64,000 bases of DNA from Malacoraja senta (Eukaryota), in the NCBI GenBank assembly GCA_038087875.1, contig CM075980.1, positions 47,492,001 through 47,556,000 on the forward strand, read 5' to 3'. The position numbers were made by a program, and so were the translations under genes. The notes below the pieces were generated by a model. It was not told the origin of the DNA, did no database searches, and was given only the letters and a program-made list of their open reading frames with translations. The first letter of the stretch is position 1. Each line of letters starts with the position of its first letter. Shown one piece after another: positions 51,973 through 63,960 of this stretch.

Positions 51973-52715
51973 TCTATATAATTAAAAGTGTCATCTTGCC
52001 CACTTTCTGTCTGCGCTGTATATTGATTTTAGAAAAAATGCTACCCTGTATCGTTGTGATTTTTTGGCCATCTTACTCACAGTCTTCCTCTGCTGAGCAG
52101 GCCCCGAGGATTTTTCCCATCGATGAAAAATAAAAAAAGTTATGAGTGTTTAAAAAACATTGAGATCCTCTCGCCTGTCAATCACCGCAATGAAGGTAAC
52201 GCTCCTTCCGGGGCGGGGGAAGGTCTATAAACCCCGGATGCCTGGACGTGACTCAGTCACTCTGCAAGATCGTGAGTGAGAGGCCACGACTCACATTCTA
52301 AGCTTTGAGTCAACTGAACTGTGAGTCTGCAATGTACTTGCAATAATGATTTGTTAGCTCTTAATGACAATGCCATGAGTTGTTGGCCTGCTGCCCTGCC
52401 TGTGCTTGAAACTGCAATGCTTTATTAGGTCCGACTGTGTTTGGAAGAAATAAATGCTTTATTAGGTCTGACTGGGTTTGGTTTAAAAGTCCCACTCATT
52501 TTGTGACTTCCACTTAGTGGACAGGTCGCGCTGATTGTGTAATTTCTAATGAGTGCAGAGGTCCCGCTGATTGCGTAATTTCCGGTAAGTGCAGAGGTCA
52601 CGCTGATTGCGGAAGTGCCGCTGACTGCGGAAGCGCCAAAGTGGAGAGGCCGCGCTCAGCCGTGTGAGTATTCAAGAAAGTTTACTGCCATATGTATGGT
52701 GTGTGTCAGTGAGTG
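51973..52715 (+). mobile_element. Non-autonomous Helitron, 5' part (variant A), running into an assembly gap
   Basis: A|TCTATATAATTAAAAG 5' terminus; first ~440 bp homologous to 55566-55110 (minus) and to 59502 onward; different interior with 36-37-bp repeats. Confidence 0.8.
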
Positions 52716-53030
52716 NNNNNNNNNNNNNNNNNNNNNNNNNNNNNNNNNNNNNNNNNNNNNNNNNNNNNNNNNNNNNNNNNNNNNNNNNNNNNNNNNNNNN
52801 NNNNNNNNNNNNNNNNNNNNNNNNNNNNNNNNNNNNNNNNNNNNNNNNNNNNNNNNNNNNNNNNNNNNNNNNNNNNNNNNNNNNNNNNNNNNNNNNNNNN
52901 NNNNNNNNNNNNNNNNNNNNNNNNNNNNNNNNNNNNNNNNNNNNNNNNNNNNNNNNNNNNNNNNNNNNNNNNNNNNNNNNNNNNNNNNNNNNNNNNNNNN
53001 NNNNNNNNNNNNNNNNNNNNNNNNNNNNNN
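52716..53030. other. Assembly gap (315 N)
   Basis: Run of n. Confidence 1.
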
Positions 53031-53524
53031 CAGACATCAAAGGAAAATCTTTCTTATATCCAGCACAAATCTTTCTTATAGCCAGCACAGCTCTGCTAAA
53101 ATCACAATGGTCACCTCGAGGCCAACATGATAATGATCAATCAGCAAATTTTCATGCACATCACCAACTTGTATCAACCTTATGGAGCTATATGATTCAA
53201 TTCTTGGAGCTATATGATTAAATTATTTTGATAGTAGGGTGGTGAGAAATGTTTTAAACAGAATCAATATGTGTGATGTACAAATGCAAACTAAAGGTGC
53301 AAATCATTTTATACTTTATGCCAAGTTTGACACATTCCCTCATAAATAAAAAGTAGTTCAAGGAATTATTTGATGTTAGAAGCATAAAAATTCTGTGATT
53401 TTGGTGAAATAGAACGTTACATTGATTTCCTATTTCATAACTCACAAGCAATTCATTGGTTATGAAACTATTATTGAAGGCTACAAAAGGGATATAAAAT
53501 GCCCCATATAATATAGGCAAAGAG

Positions 53525-54250
53525 TTACACAACATGGAAACAAGTCATTCAGTCCACCATGCCCATGCCAACCAGTCAGCACCTACAGTATACATATTAA
53601 TCTCATCTCCCAGCACTTGAAACATAGCGTTCGAAGCCTGGGCAATTCAAGTGTCTCAGCATCTCCTACTCTGTTTCTTCCAATCTCTCCAGCAGTGTAA
53701 TCCAGGTACTAACCACACTCTGAGTGAGGAAGGTCCCCCTCAGATCTCCTCCAAATCTATGTCCACTAGTTGTACCTACCTCTGATATAGGGGAAAAAGG
53801 TTCCTGCAGTCTAGCCTATCTATGTCCCTCATCATTTCAAATACTTCCATCCTGTCCTCTCTTATCCTCCTCGCTCTAAGAAAAAAACAGAACAAGCCTC
53901 TCTAGTATCTCTTCATAACTGAATTGCTCCAGGCAACCAACTGGCTCCATTCCAGGCAACATTCTGCTGAATCTCCCCTACCCTCTACTGTACTGTCACA
54001 TGTTTCCTATATTGTGATAATCAGAATTGAATCGGGTACTCGAGCTAATGTTTTATAAAATTGGAGCATAAATTCACCACTATTTTATTGAATGCCCAAC
54101 TAATAAAGGCCAACATCCCTTGTACCACATTATCCACCTGTGCTGCCACTTTCAAAGATCTTTGGATTTGCATCTCAAAGGACCTCTGTACTCCCTTTGA
54201 TCATCCTACTCATGGTATGTCCTCGCCTCATTAGTACTCCAAAATGCATC
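53525..54250 (-). mobile_element. Old CR1 3' fragment
   Basis: Minus strand cctcactcagagtgtggttagtacctggattacactgctggag and gatgagggacatagatagg motifs. Confidence 0.7.
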
Positions 54251-54569
54251 CGTTTTCCAGCTAATGCAAGTCACTAACAATTAGAAGTGTGACCTTTTCA
54301 AAAACAAAATGAAAACCACAAATTTCTTTTGAACTATTGAGTTTTCAGATGGCTTCACTCTGTCAGATCCTCTAAATCTGAGGACCAGTGGCCAATTTTA
54401 TGCAAATAAATCCAAAAACAAAAATGTGTATAACTCCACAGTGACCCACTTCTCTTGGATTGCTCCCCTTCCACCTGCTTTTTTTAGGCTAGATTCAGAA
54501 ACTCCAAAACAAATGTGTTAACTTCACAGTGTAAAGTGACAGTAACCATGGATGAAAATGGGACAATTA

Positions 54570-54890
54570 GGTGGCCACGGTGGCGCAGCGGTAGAGTTGC
54601 TACCTTACAGCGCTTGCAGCGCAGGAGACCCGGGTTCGATCCCGACTACGGGTGCTGTCTCTATGGAGTTTGTACGTTCTCGCCATGCCCGTGTGGGTTT
54701 TCTCCTAGATCTTCGTTTCCTCCCACACTCCAAAGACGTGCAGGTAAGTAGGTTTGCTTAGTGTATGTGTAAATTGTCCCTAGAGTGCGTACGATAGTGT
54801 TAATGTGTGGGGATCGCTGGTCGGTGTGGACTCGGTGGGCTGAAGGGCCCGTTTCCACTCTGTATCTTTAAAACTAAAACTAAAAACTAA
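54570..54890 (+). mobile_element. V-SINE (HE1-like), full length
   Basis: A box tggcgcagcgg at 54581-54591, B box ggttcgatcc at 54633-54642, V-domain, CR1-like tail and (CTAAAA)n end. Confidence 0.9.
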
Positions 54891-54976
54891 TATTCAACTT
54901 TACCAACCCACTGGTCTGTTTCACATTTCAGTTGAATATTATCCCAGATACTTCAGTGAAGACCATGTTAACCACG

Positions 54977-55566
54977 TTTCATTTCCATTTCCATTGCAGT
55001 TTCAAGCACAGGGCAGGCCAAACAGATTGCATTTTCATTTCATTTTCATTTCCATTGCAGTTTCAAGCACAGGACAGGCTAAACAGCTCATTGCATTTTC
55101 ATTTCATTTCCATTTCCATTGCAGTTTCAAGCACAGGGCAGGCCAAACAACTCATTTCATTTCCATTAAGGGCTAACAAATAATTTATTGCAAGTACATT
55201 GCAGACTCACAGTTCAGTTGACACAGCTTAGAATCACAGTTGTGGCCTCTCCCTCGCAATCTTCCAGAGTGACTGAATCACGTCCAGGCATCCGGGGCTT
55301 TATAGTCCTGCCACCCCCCGGAAGGGGCGTCACCTTCATCATGGTGATTGACAAGCGAGAGGACCAATCAACTGATCTCAAGATTTTTTAAACACTCATA
55401 ACTTTTTTATTTTTCATCGATCGGAAAATTCCTCGGGGTTGCCTCAGCGGAGGAGGACTGTGAGTAAGATGGCCAAAAATCATAGCGATGTAGGGTAGCA
55501 TTTTTTCTAAAATCAATATACAGCGCAGACAGGAAGTGGTCAAGATGAGACTTTTAGTTATATAGA
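54977..55566 (-). mobile_element. Non-autonomous Helitron (variant B), 5' half only
   Basis: Minus strand A|TCTATATAACTAAAAG at 55567|55566; ends abruptly inside the ~64-bp tandem array. Confidence 0.85.
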
Positions 55567-56407
55567 TACAGGATTACTGCACACTGTTTTTAAAGATGGT
55601 TTAAATTAAGTTCTAATTTGACTTAAGGCTTTGTGCTGGATATATTTATGTACTATTTCCAGAAGATTAAATTCCCCTAATTACTGATTAAATTTATTGA
55701 ATGTGATTTTCTATTATCTTAATTTCCATCTGCTTTATTCAACGTGCTTCTGAGACAGTGCTCTTGCTTTTCTATTTGTGTTGCTGTACATTATTTTAGA
55801 CGGTGTGGAAATGAAGCATGCCCTATATCTGGAACAGTTTTCTTTTCGGAAGTAATGAGATGAAATGGTTTTCCTTCCAAAAATTTAAATTCTAGCAAGT
55901 CTATCTTTTGCTTTGGGAAATATCGAGTTGTGGGGGTGGAGAGGTGATATTCACGATGGGAAATAACAAATTGAGTCAATCTGTGGAGACTATTATAATC
56001 CAAACATTAGTCCATGAGTCCCCTGAAGTTTGATATTCTTGCTCTCAAAGTCAGAGTATAAAATGGCAGATTCTACAAATTAATGGCAAATTTAAGTGAA
56101 ATATAATTAAAACATATGTTCTTTCCACTTTTGCCTGTAATCCACCAAAGCTTCTCCAAACTTATTCAGACAAATGCCCAGAGTAATATTGTAGAGAACC
56201 AATCGACTTTTCTGAAGAGTTTACATCTAGAAATATTCAGGATCAACCCCAGAGTTGTGAATTCCACACGTTCATGAACGTATTATGCGGGCCCATGTCA
56301 CTCCATCACCATATATACCGCCATCACCAAAGGAATCAATCACACATAAAATTCCAACATTCACGTTTTGATCCTGTCTAACACTTGCAAAAGAGCTTTA
56401 TGGATGA

Positions 56408-57030
56408 GACCATCGGCGAGACTAAGCGTAGCCTAGGCACCCATTTTACTGAACACCTGAGCTCGGTTCGCCAAGGCCTCTTGGATCTCCCAGTTGTTAA
56501 CCTTTTTAACTCCCCTTCCCAATCCCACACTGACCTTTCTGTCCTGGGCCACCTCCATTGGCACAGTAAGGCCACACGCAATCTGGAGGAACAGCACCTC
56601 ATATTCTGCTCGGGTAGCTTACAGCTGACTGTATAAACATTGAATTCTACAATTTTAGGAACTAAACTACAATCATTTGATGCACACCTATTTCCCCCTC
56701 TCCCCCCACCTCCATCCCCTTCCACCTGTATTCCTATCACTTAGCATTACATTTCGTGCCGCTTCCATCCGTATCTCTTTATCTTACACTTTTTGTTTTT
56801 TCATCTCTGGGCTTTGTCCAATCATCTGGCAATCGACCCCCCCCCCCTCACCTGTATCCACCTATCACTTGCCAGGCTTTCTCCCACCTCTTACCTATCT
56901 TCCAGCTTTCTTCTACAATCAGTCATCGTTGTCCTGAAGGAGAAAGAGAATCCTGACCTGAAATGCCACTTATCTATGTTCTCCAGAGATGCTGCTTGAC
57001 CACTGATTTACTCCAGCAATTTGTGTCTTT
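56408..57030 (+). mobile_element. Penelope-like element 3' fragment (GIY-YIG endonuclease plus terminal repeat)
   Basis: IGETKRSLGTHFTEHLSSVRQGLLDLPVVNLFNSPSQSHTDLSVLG...LEEQHLIF. Confidence 0.85.
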
Positions 57031-57254
57031 TTTTATGGATGACGAGTCTGACGTCTGATAGGTTCTGCTTTATTTTTAACAGTTTGTTTTTAAGGATACC
57101 TATTGTCAGAAACTCTTTAACACAATGCTCATGGATACTTATCATTTGCAGAATATCTCAACAAATGGCTTCATGGCTTATATTTTATTGTCAATGGCAA
57201 ACACTTCCTGACTCGCTCTCTATTTATCGCAACCTAGAGTAAGAATTTCTTGTG

Positions 57255-57490
57255 TGGAGTTTGCACGTTCTCCCTATGACTGTGTGGGTTTCATCCAGAT
57301 GTTCTAGTTTCCTCCCGCATCCCAAAGACATGCGGGTTTGCAGGTTAATTGGCCTCTGTAAATTGTCCCTCGTGTGTAAAGAGTGGATGAGAAAGTAGGA
57401 TAACGTAGAACGAGTGTGAATGGGTGATCGATGGTTGGCGTAGACATGGTGGGCTGAAGGGCCTGTATCTATGCTGTATTTGTAAACTAC
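57255..57490 (+). mobile_element. 5'-truncated V-SINE
   Basis: tggagtttgcacgttctccc...gtttcctcccgcatcccaaagac V-domain and tail. Confidence 0.8.
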
Positions 57491-58091
57491 AACAAAATTA
57501 GGGTTTGCTGGCCAAAGCTATCCAGATCCTTAGTGACAAAGGGCACAATGAGTAAAACAAGTCAAACATGTTGTGCCTTAAAACACATCCTCCCCAAGAA
57601 ACAATTGTAAGAAATGTGACAGCCTGCTAAGCTGTGCCCTTGGCTTTAAATCAGTTAAAAGATTTAATAAAGCTTAAAAACAATAAAACTCAATTTCAAA
57701 GGATGCAATTTATTTAATTTCCTTTCACATCTTTTTTCCTTCCAAATGAATCAAGACATGTTTGGCAAATTTCTTGGGTGAGTTTCCAGGGCAATGCTGA
57801 GATATTGGTACAGGTTTGTTGCTTGTTGCTGGGCTGCAGGCTAAGCCCAAATGGGAAATTGCCAGCCAGCCAAAACGGAGTCTTAAACCTTGGTGAGAGA
57901 ATAGAGAGGAATCTGAATTTAGTGGCATTTGTAAGAGGAAAACACCAACATCTCTGCATGGAAGTACTGGCATTTTACAACAAAATCTGAGCTATTACTT
58001 AGAGACTATGACAAAATAATATCAATGCTTTGCATGTTGACATTTTAGGCGCCTATTGTTCACACCGGCTTTTTCTTCACGAAAATGTTGT

Positions 58092-58418
58092 GTCTTGCCC
58101 AGAGTAGGGGAATTGAGGACCAAAGGACATAGGTTCAAGGTGAAGGGGAAAAGATTTAATAGGAATCCGAGGGGTAACTTTTTCACACAAAGGGTGGTGG
58201 GTGTATGGAACAAGCTGCCAGAGGAGGTAGTTGAGGCTGGGACTATCCCATCGTTTAAGAAACAGTTAGACACGTACATGGATTGGACAGGTTTGGAAGG
58301 ATATGGACCAAGCGCAGGCAAGTGGGACTAGTGTAGCTGGGACATTGTTGGCCGATGTGGGCAAGTTGGGCCGAAGGGCTTGTTTCCACACTGTAACACT
58401 CTATTACTTTATGACTCT
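58092..58418 (+). mobile_element. CR1 LINE 3' end
   Basis: LPRVGELRTKGHRFKVKGKRFNRNPRGNFFTQRVVGVWNKLPEEVVEAG...GKWD*. Confidence 0.9.
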
Positions 58419-59767
58419 AATGTATTAATTTTAAAAACATTGAAGAATCATCCTTTCTAAAGTCTTCCTATGAACGATTCCTGCAAATGGATGACAATAT
58501 TAGGGCTCTAAAATCTTCAATACATTACATTGTGGCAAATCATTTTTATTTGCATATTAACATAACGATATCAGTAAAATGTGTGCTCAGTATTGCTATT
58601 ATGTTTAAATTATTAGGTTTGCATCTCCATTCGGAATGGAGATCTGATGAGAAAATAGGTCATGCTTCATACAGAGCAGAACTACTGGATGTATCCTCTT
58701 TGAAGTTGCATCGTTAAGAAAGTTCGAGTAGGGAATTGTTGTAATGGGTATACATGGACAGGAAAATAATTTACAATAGTAAAAATACTTAATTTGCCTT
58801 TTGCAAAAATTTGATTTAATTCCAGGTGGTTACATTGTAAATCTTACTAGGTAGATTATCAACATGTATGGCATTGTGTTAATCAAAATGGCTAAAATGT
58901 CAGGAATGATTGAATTTCATTGTCCTGTCTGGGACACATGACAATAAACTCTCTTGACTTGACTTGACTTAAACTTTGAACCATAGTAAGGTTGCCACTT
59001 ATAAGACTGTCTCATCTAGTCAGACTGTAACATATTTGCTGGTGATTACTGTGAGCTCTGTCGTGTATAGTTGATGTAAATGCAAGCTAACGTTTGTAAA
59101 TTAATGCTGACAGCATGTACTTGCAAAGTCCCTTTGGAAGAAGATCGATGGTCACTGAGAAACTTCCATTTTTTTCTGAATTCATTTAAAGATTTGGGTC
59201 GACGATAGCCACAAAAAGCTGGAGTAACTCAACGGGTCTGGCAGCATCTCTAGAGAAGAGAAATAGGTGACATTTCATGTCTAGACCCTTCTTCAGGCTG
59301 AGCATCTGGGTAGAGGGATTATACTGTGATACGTAGAGAGTTATACTGTGGGTCTCCAGGTGTGCACAGTTTCCTTTTACACAAGGGGTGTAATTACGAT
59401 CAAGTTGCACACTAATAAGTACATATGTTTGTGATTTGACTTGTTGAAATTACCAAGAGCAAAAACTATATTTAATGGCACAGTTTTAACTTTCAACGCT
59501 GGAAAAATAAAAAAGTTATGAGTGTTTAAAAAATCTTGAGATCAGTTGATTGGTCCTCTCGCTTGTCAATCACCATGATGGAGGTGATGCCCCTTCCGGG
59601 GGGTGGCAGGACTATAAAGCCCCGGATGCCTGGATGTGATTCAGTCACTCTGGAAGATTGCGAGGGAGAGGCCACAACTGTGATTCTAAGCTGTGTCAAC
59701 TGAACTGTGAGTCTGCAAAGTACTTGCAATAAATTATTTGTTAGCCCTTAATGGAAATGAAATGAGT

Positions 59768-60220
59768 TGTTTGGCCTGCCCTGTGCTTGAAACTGCAATG
59801 GAAATGGAAATGAAATGAAAATGCAATGAGCTGTTTAGCCTGTCCTGCGCTTGAAACTGCAATGGAAATGAAAATGAAATGAAAATGCAATCTGTTTGGC
59901 CTGCCCTGTGCTTGAAACTGCAATGGAAATTAGAATTAAATGAAAATGCAATGAGCTGTTTGGCCTGCCCAGTGCTTGAGACTGCAATGGAGATGGAAAT
60001 GAAATGAAAATACAATGAGGTCTTTGGCCTTCCCTGTGCTTGAGACTGCAATGGAAATGGAAATGAAATGAAAATGCAATGAGCTGTTTGGCCTGTCCTG
60101 TGCTTGAGACTGCAATGGAAATGGAAATGAAATGAAAATGGAAATGAAATGAGTTGTTTGGCCTGCCCTGTGCTTGAAATTGAAATGGAAATGAAATGAA
60201 ATGAGTTGTTTGGCCTGCCT
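59768..60220 (+). repeat. ~64-bp tandem repeat, 7 full units plus a partial, inside the Helitron
   Basis: Unit tgtttggcctgccctgtgcttgaaactgcaatggaaatggaaatgaaatgaaaatgcaatgagc starting at 59768, 59832, 59893, 59957, 60021, 60085, 60155, 60207. Confidence 0.95.
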
Positions 60221-60664
60221 GAAACCACTAATTTCGGCCCACAAGGCCCCTATTAGCCGCGAAACCAGTCCCTTTTGCCCAAAATGCCCGTATTAGCCCA
60301 GGAGGAGTATTGTGGCCCAAAAGGCCCGTGCCAGGCCAGGAAAAGTCCAGAAAACGTGCTTTTCACTGAGATTTCACAGATTTTTTTAAAGAGCCCCTTT
60401 GGCCCATCAGGCCTGTACTAGCCCAGGAGGAGTCCCTTCGGCTCATCAGTAAGTATTCCTCCTGCAAGTATTAAACCTCACCCTAGTATTTTTCTCCCTC
60501 CCTTCATTGGCTCCCCGTGAGATCCAGGCCAGGATAAACTTTCCTCCTTCATTGCTGTGATCTGCAGAAAAAGATGAAAAATGCCCAAAATTGATTCTCC
60601 ACCCTCTCCCCCATCTCTCTCACAGTCTATCACCTGTTTTGGGCAGAATTTCTGGCAGTTTCTA

Positions 60665-60827
60665 AGCTGCCAGCCCGCCAGCGCTGAGTGATTGAGCTGC
60701 CAGGCCACCAGGCCTGACTGACTGAGCTGCCAGCCCACCAGGCCTGAGTGACTGAGCTGCCAGCCCACCAGGCCTGAGTGACTGAGCTGCCAGCCCACCA
60801 GGCATGAGTGACTGAGCTGCCAGCCCA
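60665..60827 (+). repeat. 30-bp minisatellite (~5.4 units) inside the Helitron
   Basis: agctgccagcccaccaggcctgagtgactg at 60665, 60695, 60725, 60755, 60785, 60815. Confidence 0.95.
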
Positions 60828-62323
60828 AGAATCCATTCGGCCCACAATGTTCATACTAGCCCTCTGGAAACCAGTCCCTTTGGCCCACAACACCCATATT
60901 AGCGCTCCAGAAAGCCCCCCTCCCCCCACTTGCCACCAATATTGGAATTGGTGGAGAGGTGGAATATTGCTTTGGGCGACCAGCCCTCCCGTGTGAACAT
61001 GGGACCCAACGGGTCCCACTTAGTCTAGTTAAACTTAAATTTGTAACCCTTCATCTTTTCATGTGCTAGGGAGAAAATACCTCAACCTAGGTTCTTAGTG
61101 GAGTACAAATTAGTGTGCAGCAGAGGTTTAATAAAACATGTTTTCATTTTAATAGAACTGTCGCAAAATGTAATAGCTTAGAAAACTAAAGGTCACTGCC
61201 TCTCCACAAGTTTAACGACAATTTGAAATGCTTCAAGCCAACATATTATCTAAGAATATTGCTACTTAAGTTCAATTTATGACCTAACCCTTTGCATTTA
61301 ATTTTCCATTAAAGATCAGCCCCCATGTGCAGCATTTTCCACTTTGTAACAGGTTATTGGAATTCAAAATGGCATCTAAGAAGTCTACAAAGCTATTTGG
61401 AAAGTTACCAAAACCTATTTGTATTGTGTGAGCTAATTTAACTCCCTTTATGACTGCATTTTGTAAATTAGTAAAACTTGTATTCATCATATTCTCAAAG
61501 AATGTTTTAACTTTTTGCATTGTGTATTCCAAGCACAGGTCTGAAAGATTATTGATTGTCACCCTGGGAGAGGGCGTGTGTATCGCAATAGGTCAGATTG
61601 AATTCCTTTAGCAATCCAATTCTCGGCAATTTAGAGGCTGTATTTTAAAATGTAGAACAAATAATCATAGAAATGCAAACAAAAATCACCTGCAGAGATT
61701 TCTTAATTCTTTGTGATACCAGTTTCGAAAGGCATATCAATGAAAGAGTTCTATACTAGAGTTGTCCCCACCTGTTCTATGTGCAACACCAGCTGAGATT
61801 ATCTTTCAGATATTGGTTAGCGTGTTAACCAATGTTGACTGCCCAGATCACGAAGAACTTCAATCCATATATATACAGTATATATATATAAACAATGTTG
61901 GAATTTAGTATCCATGACTCCTAATTCCTCTCCTCTGTTTTGACATGTCATAATATTCATTCACCAATCAAGCTGTTCTAGGGATTTTTTGCTCCCATCA
62001 CATTTAAGACAGCTTCTCCTCTTGCTCCATCTGGTGAGTGAGTAGAAAACATAGCAACCTTTAACCAGAAGGTCACAAACCATAAGCACTCACCGCATTC
62101 TACAATGCCTTTTGACAGATCGTCTCATGATCCTCAAGATGCATCACTATGTCTCCTGCTTACCCCAAATCACCTGTTAATTCAGGAAGACGAAATAGGG
62201 GGAGGGTGAAGAGGAGGAGGGGGTAGACGGAACAAGCCAAAACTAAAAAAAGTCAGGTAAAAATCAGATAAATTGTGAGAAATTTAACATGGCCATTGGT
62301 GCTGGACACAATTACAAGTGTAA

Positions 62324-63270
62324 TGGCCTTGTCCCACTTAGGCGACTTTTTAGGCGACTGCAGGAAACTATGCGGTCGCCACATGGTCGCCACATGTTCG
62401 CGGGTGGTTGCCGGGGAGGCGCCTTCATGGTCGTGAGGAGTTCCTGCATTCTAGGAACTAGTCGCGGCCTCATTATGGTCGCCGTGAATTTTTCAACATG
62501 TTGACAAATTAGTGGCGACTAGAATGAAGCCGCCATGGAGAGTAGCGAGAATTCTCGTGCCGTAGGTGGGTCGCCAGGAGGTCCTGGTGGGTTGCCAGGA
62601 GGTCAAAGGTTCTCCTAGGTTCTCGTAGGTTGTAGCCGGTGCTGACCGGTGAATTTCATTGGCTCATTGGGGAAAAAAAACATAAGCAGTTGTTTTCAGA
62701 ACCAAGGATAACCGATGTTAAATATCCGCCGAGCTTCACAGCCGTGTATCTCTGGCTTCTTAAAAGTTATCTCCACTCCTTCTCCCCCATCTCCCCCCCT
62801 CTTTCAAAGGACTTACCGCACACTGTGCTTTTTAGTCGTCTTAATTACAGCGCCAACCTTCCTGTTCATCGCGGTATCACCTTGGCTTTGCACCGTGTGA
62901 ATTACACTAAGACAGTGCTCCCCCCGCTTACCCTGTCCCCCGCCTNNNNNNNNNNNNNNNNNNNNNNNNNNNNNNNNNNNNNNNNNNNNNNNNNNNNNNN
63001 NNNNNNNNNNNNNNNNNNNNNNNNNNNNNNNNNNNNNNNNNNNNNNNNNNNNNNNNNNNNNNNNNNNNNNNNNNNNNNNNNNNNNNNNNNNNNNNNNNNN
63101 NNNNNNNNNNNNNNNNNNNNNNNNNNNNNNNNNNNNNNNNNNNNNNNNNNNNNNNNNNNNNNNNNNNNNNNNNNNNNNNNNNNNNNNNNNNNNNNNNNNN
63201 GTCGGCGTTTCAGTTGCCGGTTTTTCAGGCCCCCAGTCGCCTGAAAAATCGCCTAAGTGGGACAAGGCAC
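62324..63270 (+). mobile_element. Longer MITE / non-autonomous DNA transposon with tgtcccactt TIR core, spanning an assembly gap
   Basis: tggccttgtcccacttaggcgactttttaggcgact... / ...agtcgcctgaaaaatcgcctaagtgggacaaggc; CpG-rich. Confidence 0.8.
62946..63200. other. Assembly gap (255 N)
   Basis: Run of n. Confidence 1.
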
Positions 63271-63569
63271 TGGTTGGACTTAACTTCATACATTCAGTAT
63301 TATTGACCATATGGATTCAAATGAACAACACTAACTGCAATCAGCCATATGGTTATTGCTAGCAATGAAAGACAAAGTGATATTATGGCTAACTAGGTTT
63401 CTTTCCTAATCTCCAGACACAGTACTCAAGCTGTTTCCATATACTGCATGAACCAGCGATGGCATCAGGTTTATGATATACTTGTCATGATGTTCAGATG
63501 TGACGGTTTTGTAGCATTCCTGCCTCCCCCCCCCCCCCCCCCCCCCCCCATATCCTATCTCAGGCAGAC

Positions 63570-63960
63570 ATCAAGCTAGCATGTGGCCATTAGAGCGCTG
63601 CGATCAACAAGCACGAAATGGCATATCCTGATGCTCCCCACATCACCTCTGGGGATTTCTACCAAGCTGGATGGAAGAAATATCTGCTGAACTATCAGCA
63701 ACATATCACCAACAAGACCAGAGGATGCAACACACTCGATCATAGTTATACCACCATCAGCAATGCCTATCACACCATCATTTGCCTGCACTTTAGAAGA
63801 TCTAACCATCTGGCTGTGTTTATTCTTCCTGCCTACATCAAAGATAGAAGAGCACGTCACCAGCGAGGAGGATGACAAAGAGCTGGTCAATGGAGATAGA
63901 AGAGTGCTTATGGCACAGCTTCCAATAGGTGAACTGAGCCACATTCGAGGACTCATCAGC
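63570..63960 (+). mobile_element. Rex1/Babar LINE apurinic-like endonuclease fragment
   Basis: PDAPHITSGDFYQA...YQQHITNKTRGCNTLDHSYTTISNAY...RSNHLAVFILPAY matches the GDFN...TRG..TLD...SDH endonuclease pattern. Confidence 0.75.

Larger units (their letters stand above)
59502..61028 (+). mobile_element. Non-autonomous Helitron (variant B) lacking its first ~150 bp, with intact 3' end
   Basis: Subterminal hairpin tgggaccc-aac-gggtccca at 61000-61018, then CTAG at 61025-61028 followed by T; its 5' part matches 55415-54987 (minus). Confidence 0.85.

Noticed and set aside
52615-53221. ORFs of 122-185 aa
   Set aside because: They run through the N gap and are artefacts; the same applies to the ORFs at 62639-63310.
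58644-58690. ctgatga...gaaa as a hammerhead ribozyme
   Set aside because: No stem II can form between the two motifs and there is no matching stem III or cleavage site.
59768-60220. Regularly spaced repeats resembling a CRISPR array
   Set aside because: The intervening sequences are themselves repeated GAAAT-type units, not unique spacers; the context is eukaryotic, no cas genes are present, and the array lies inside a Helitron.
59734-61019. Long repetitive ORFs (164, 116 and 129 aa)
   Set aside because: They are by-products of the 64-bp and 30-bp tandem repeats and are open in several frames.
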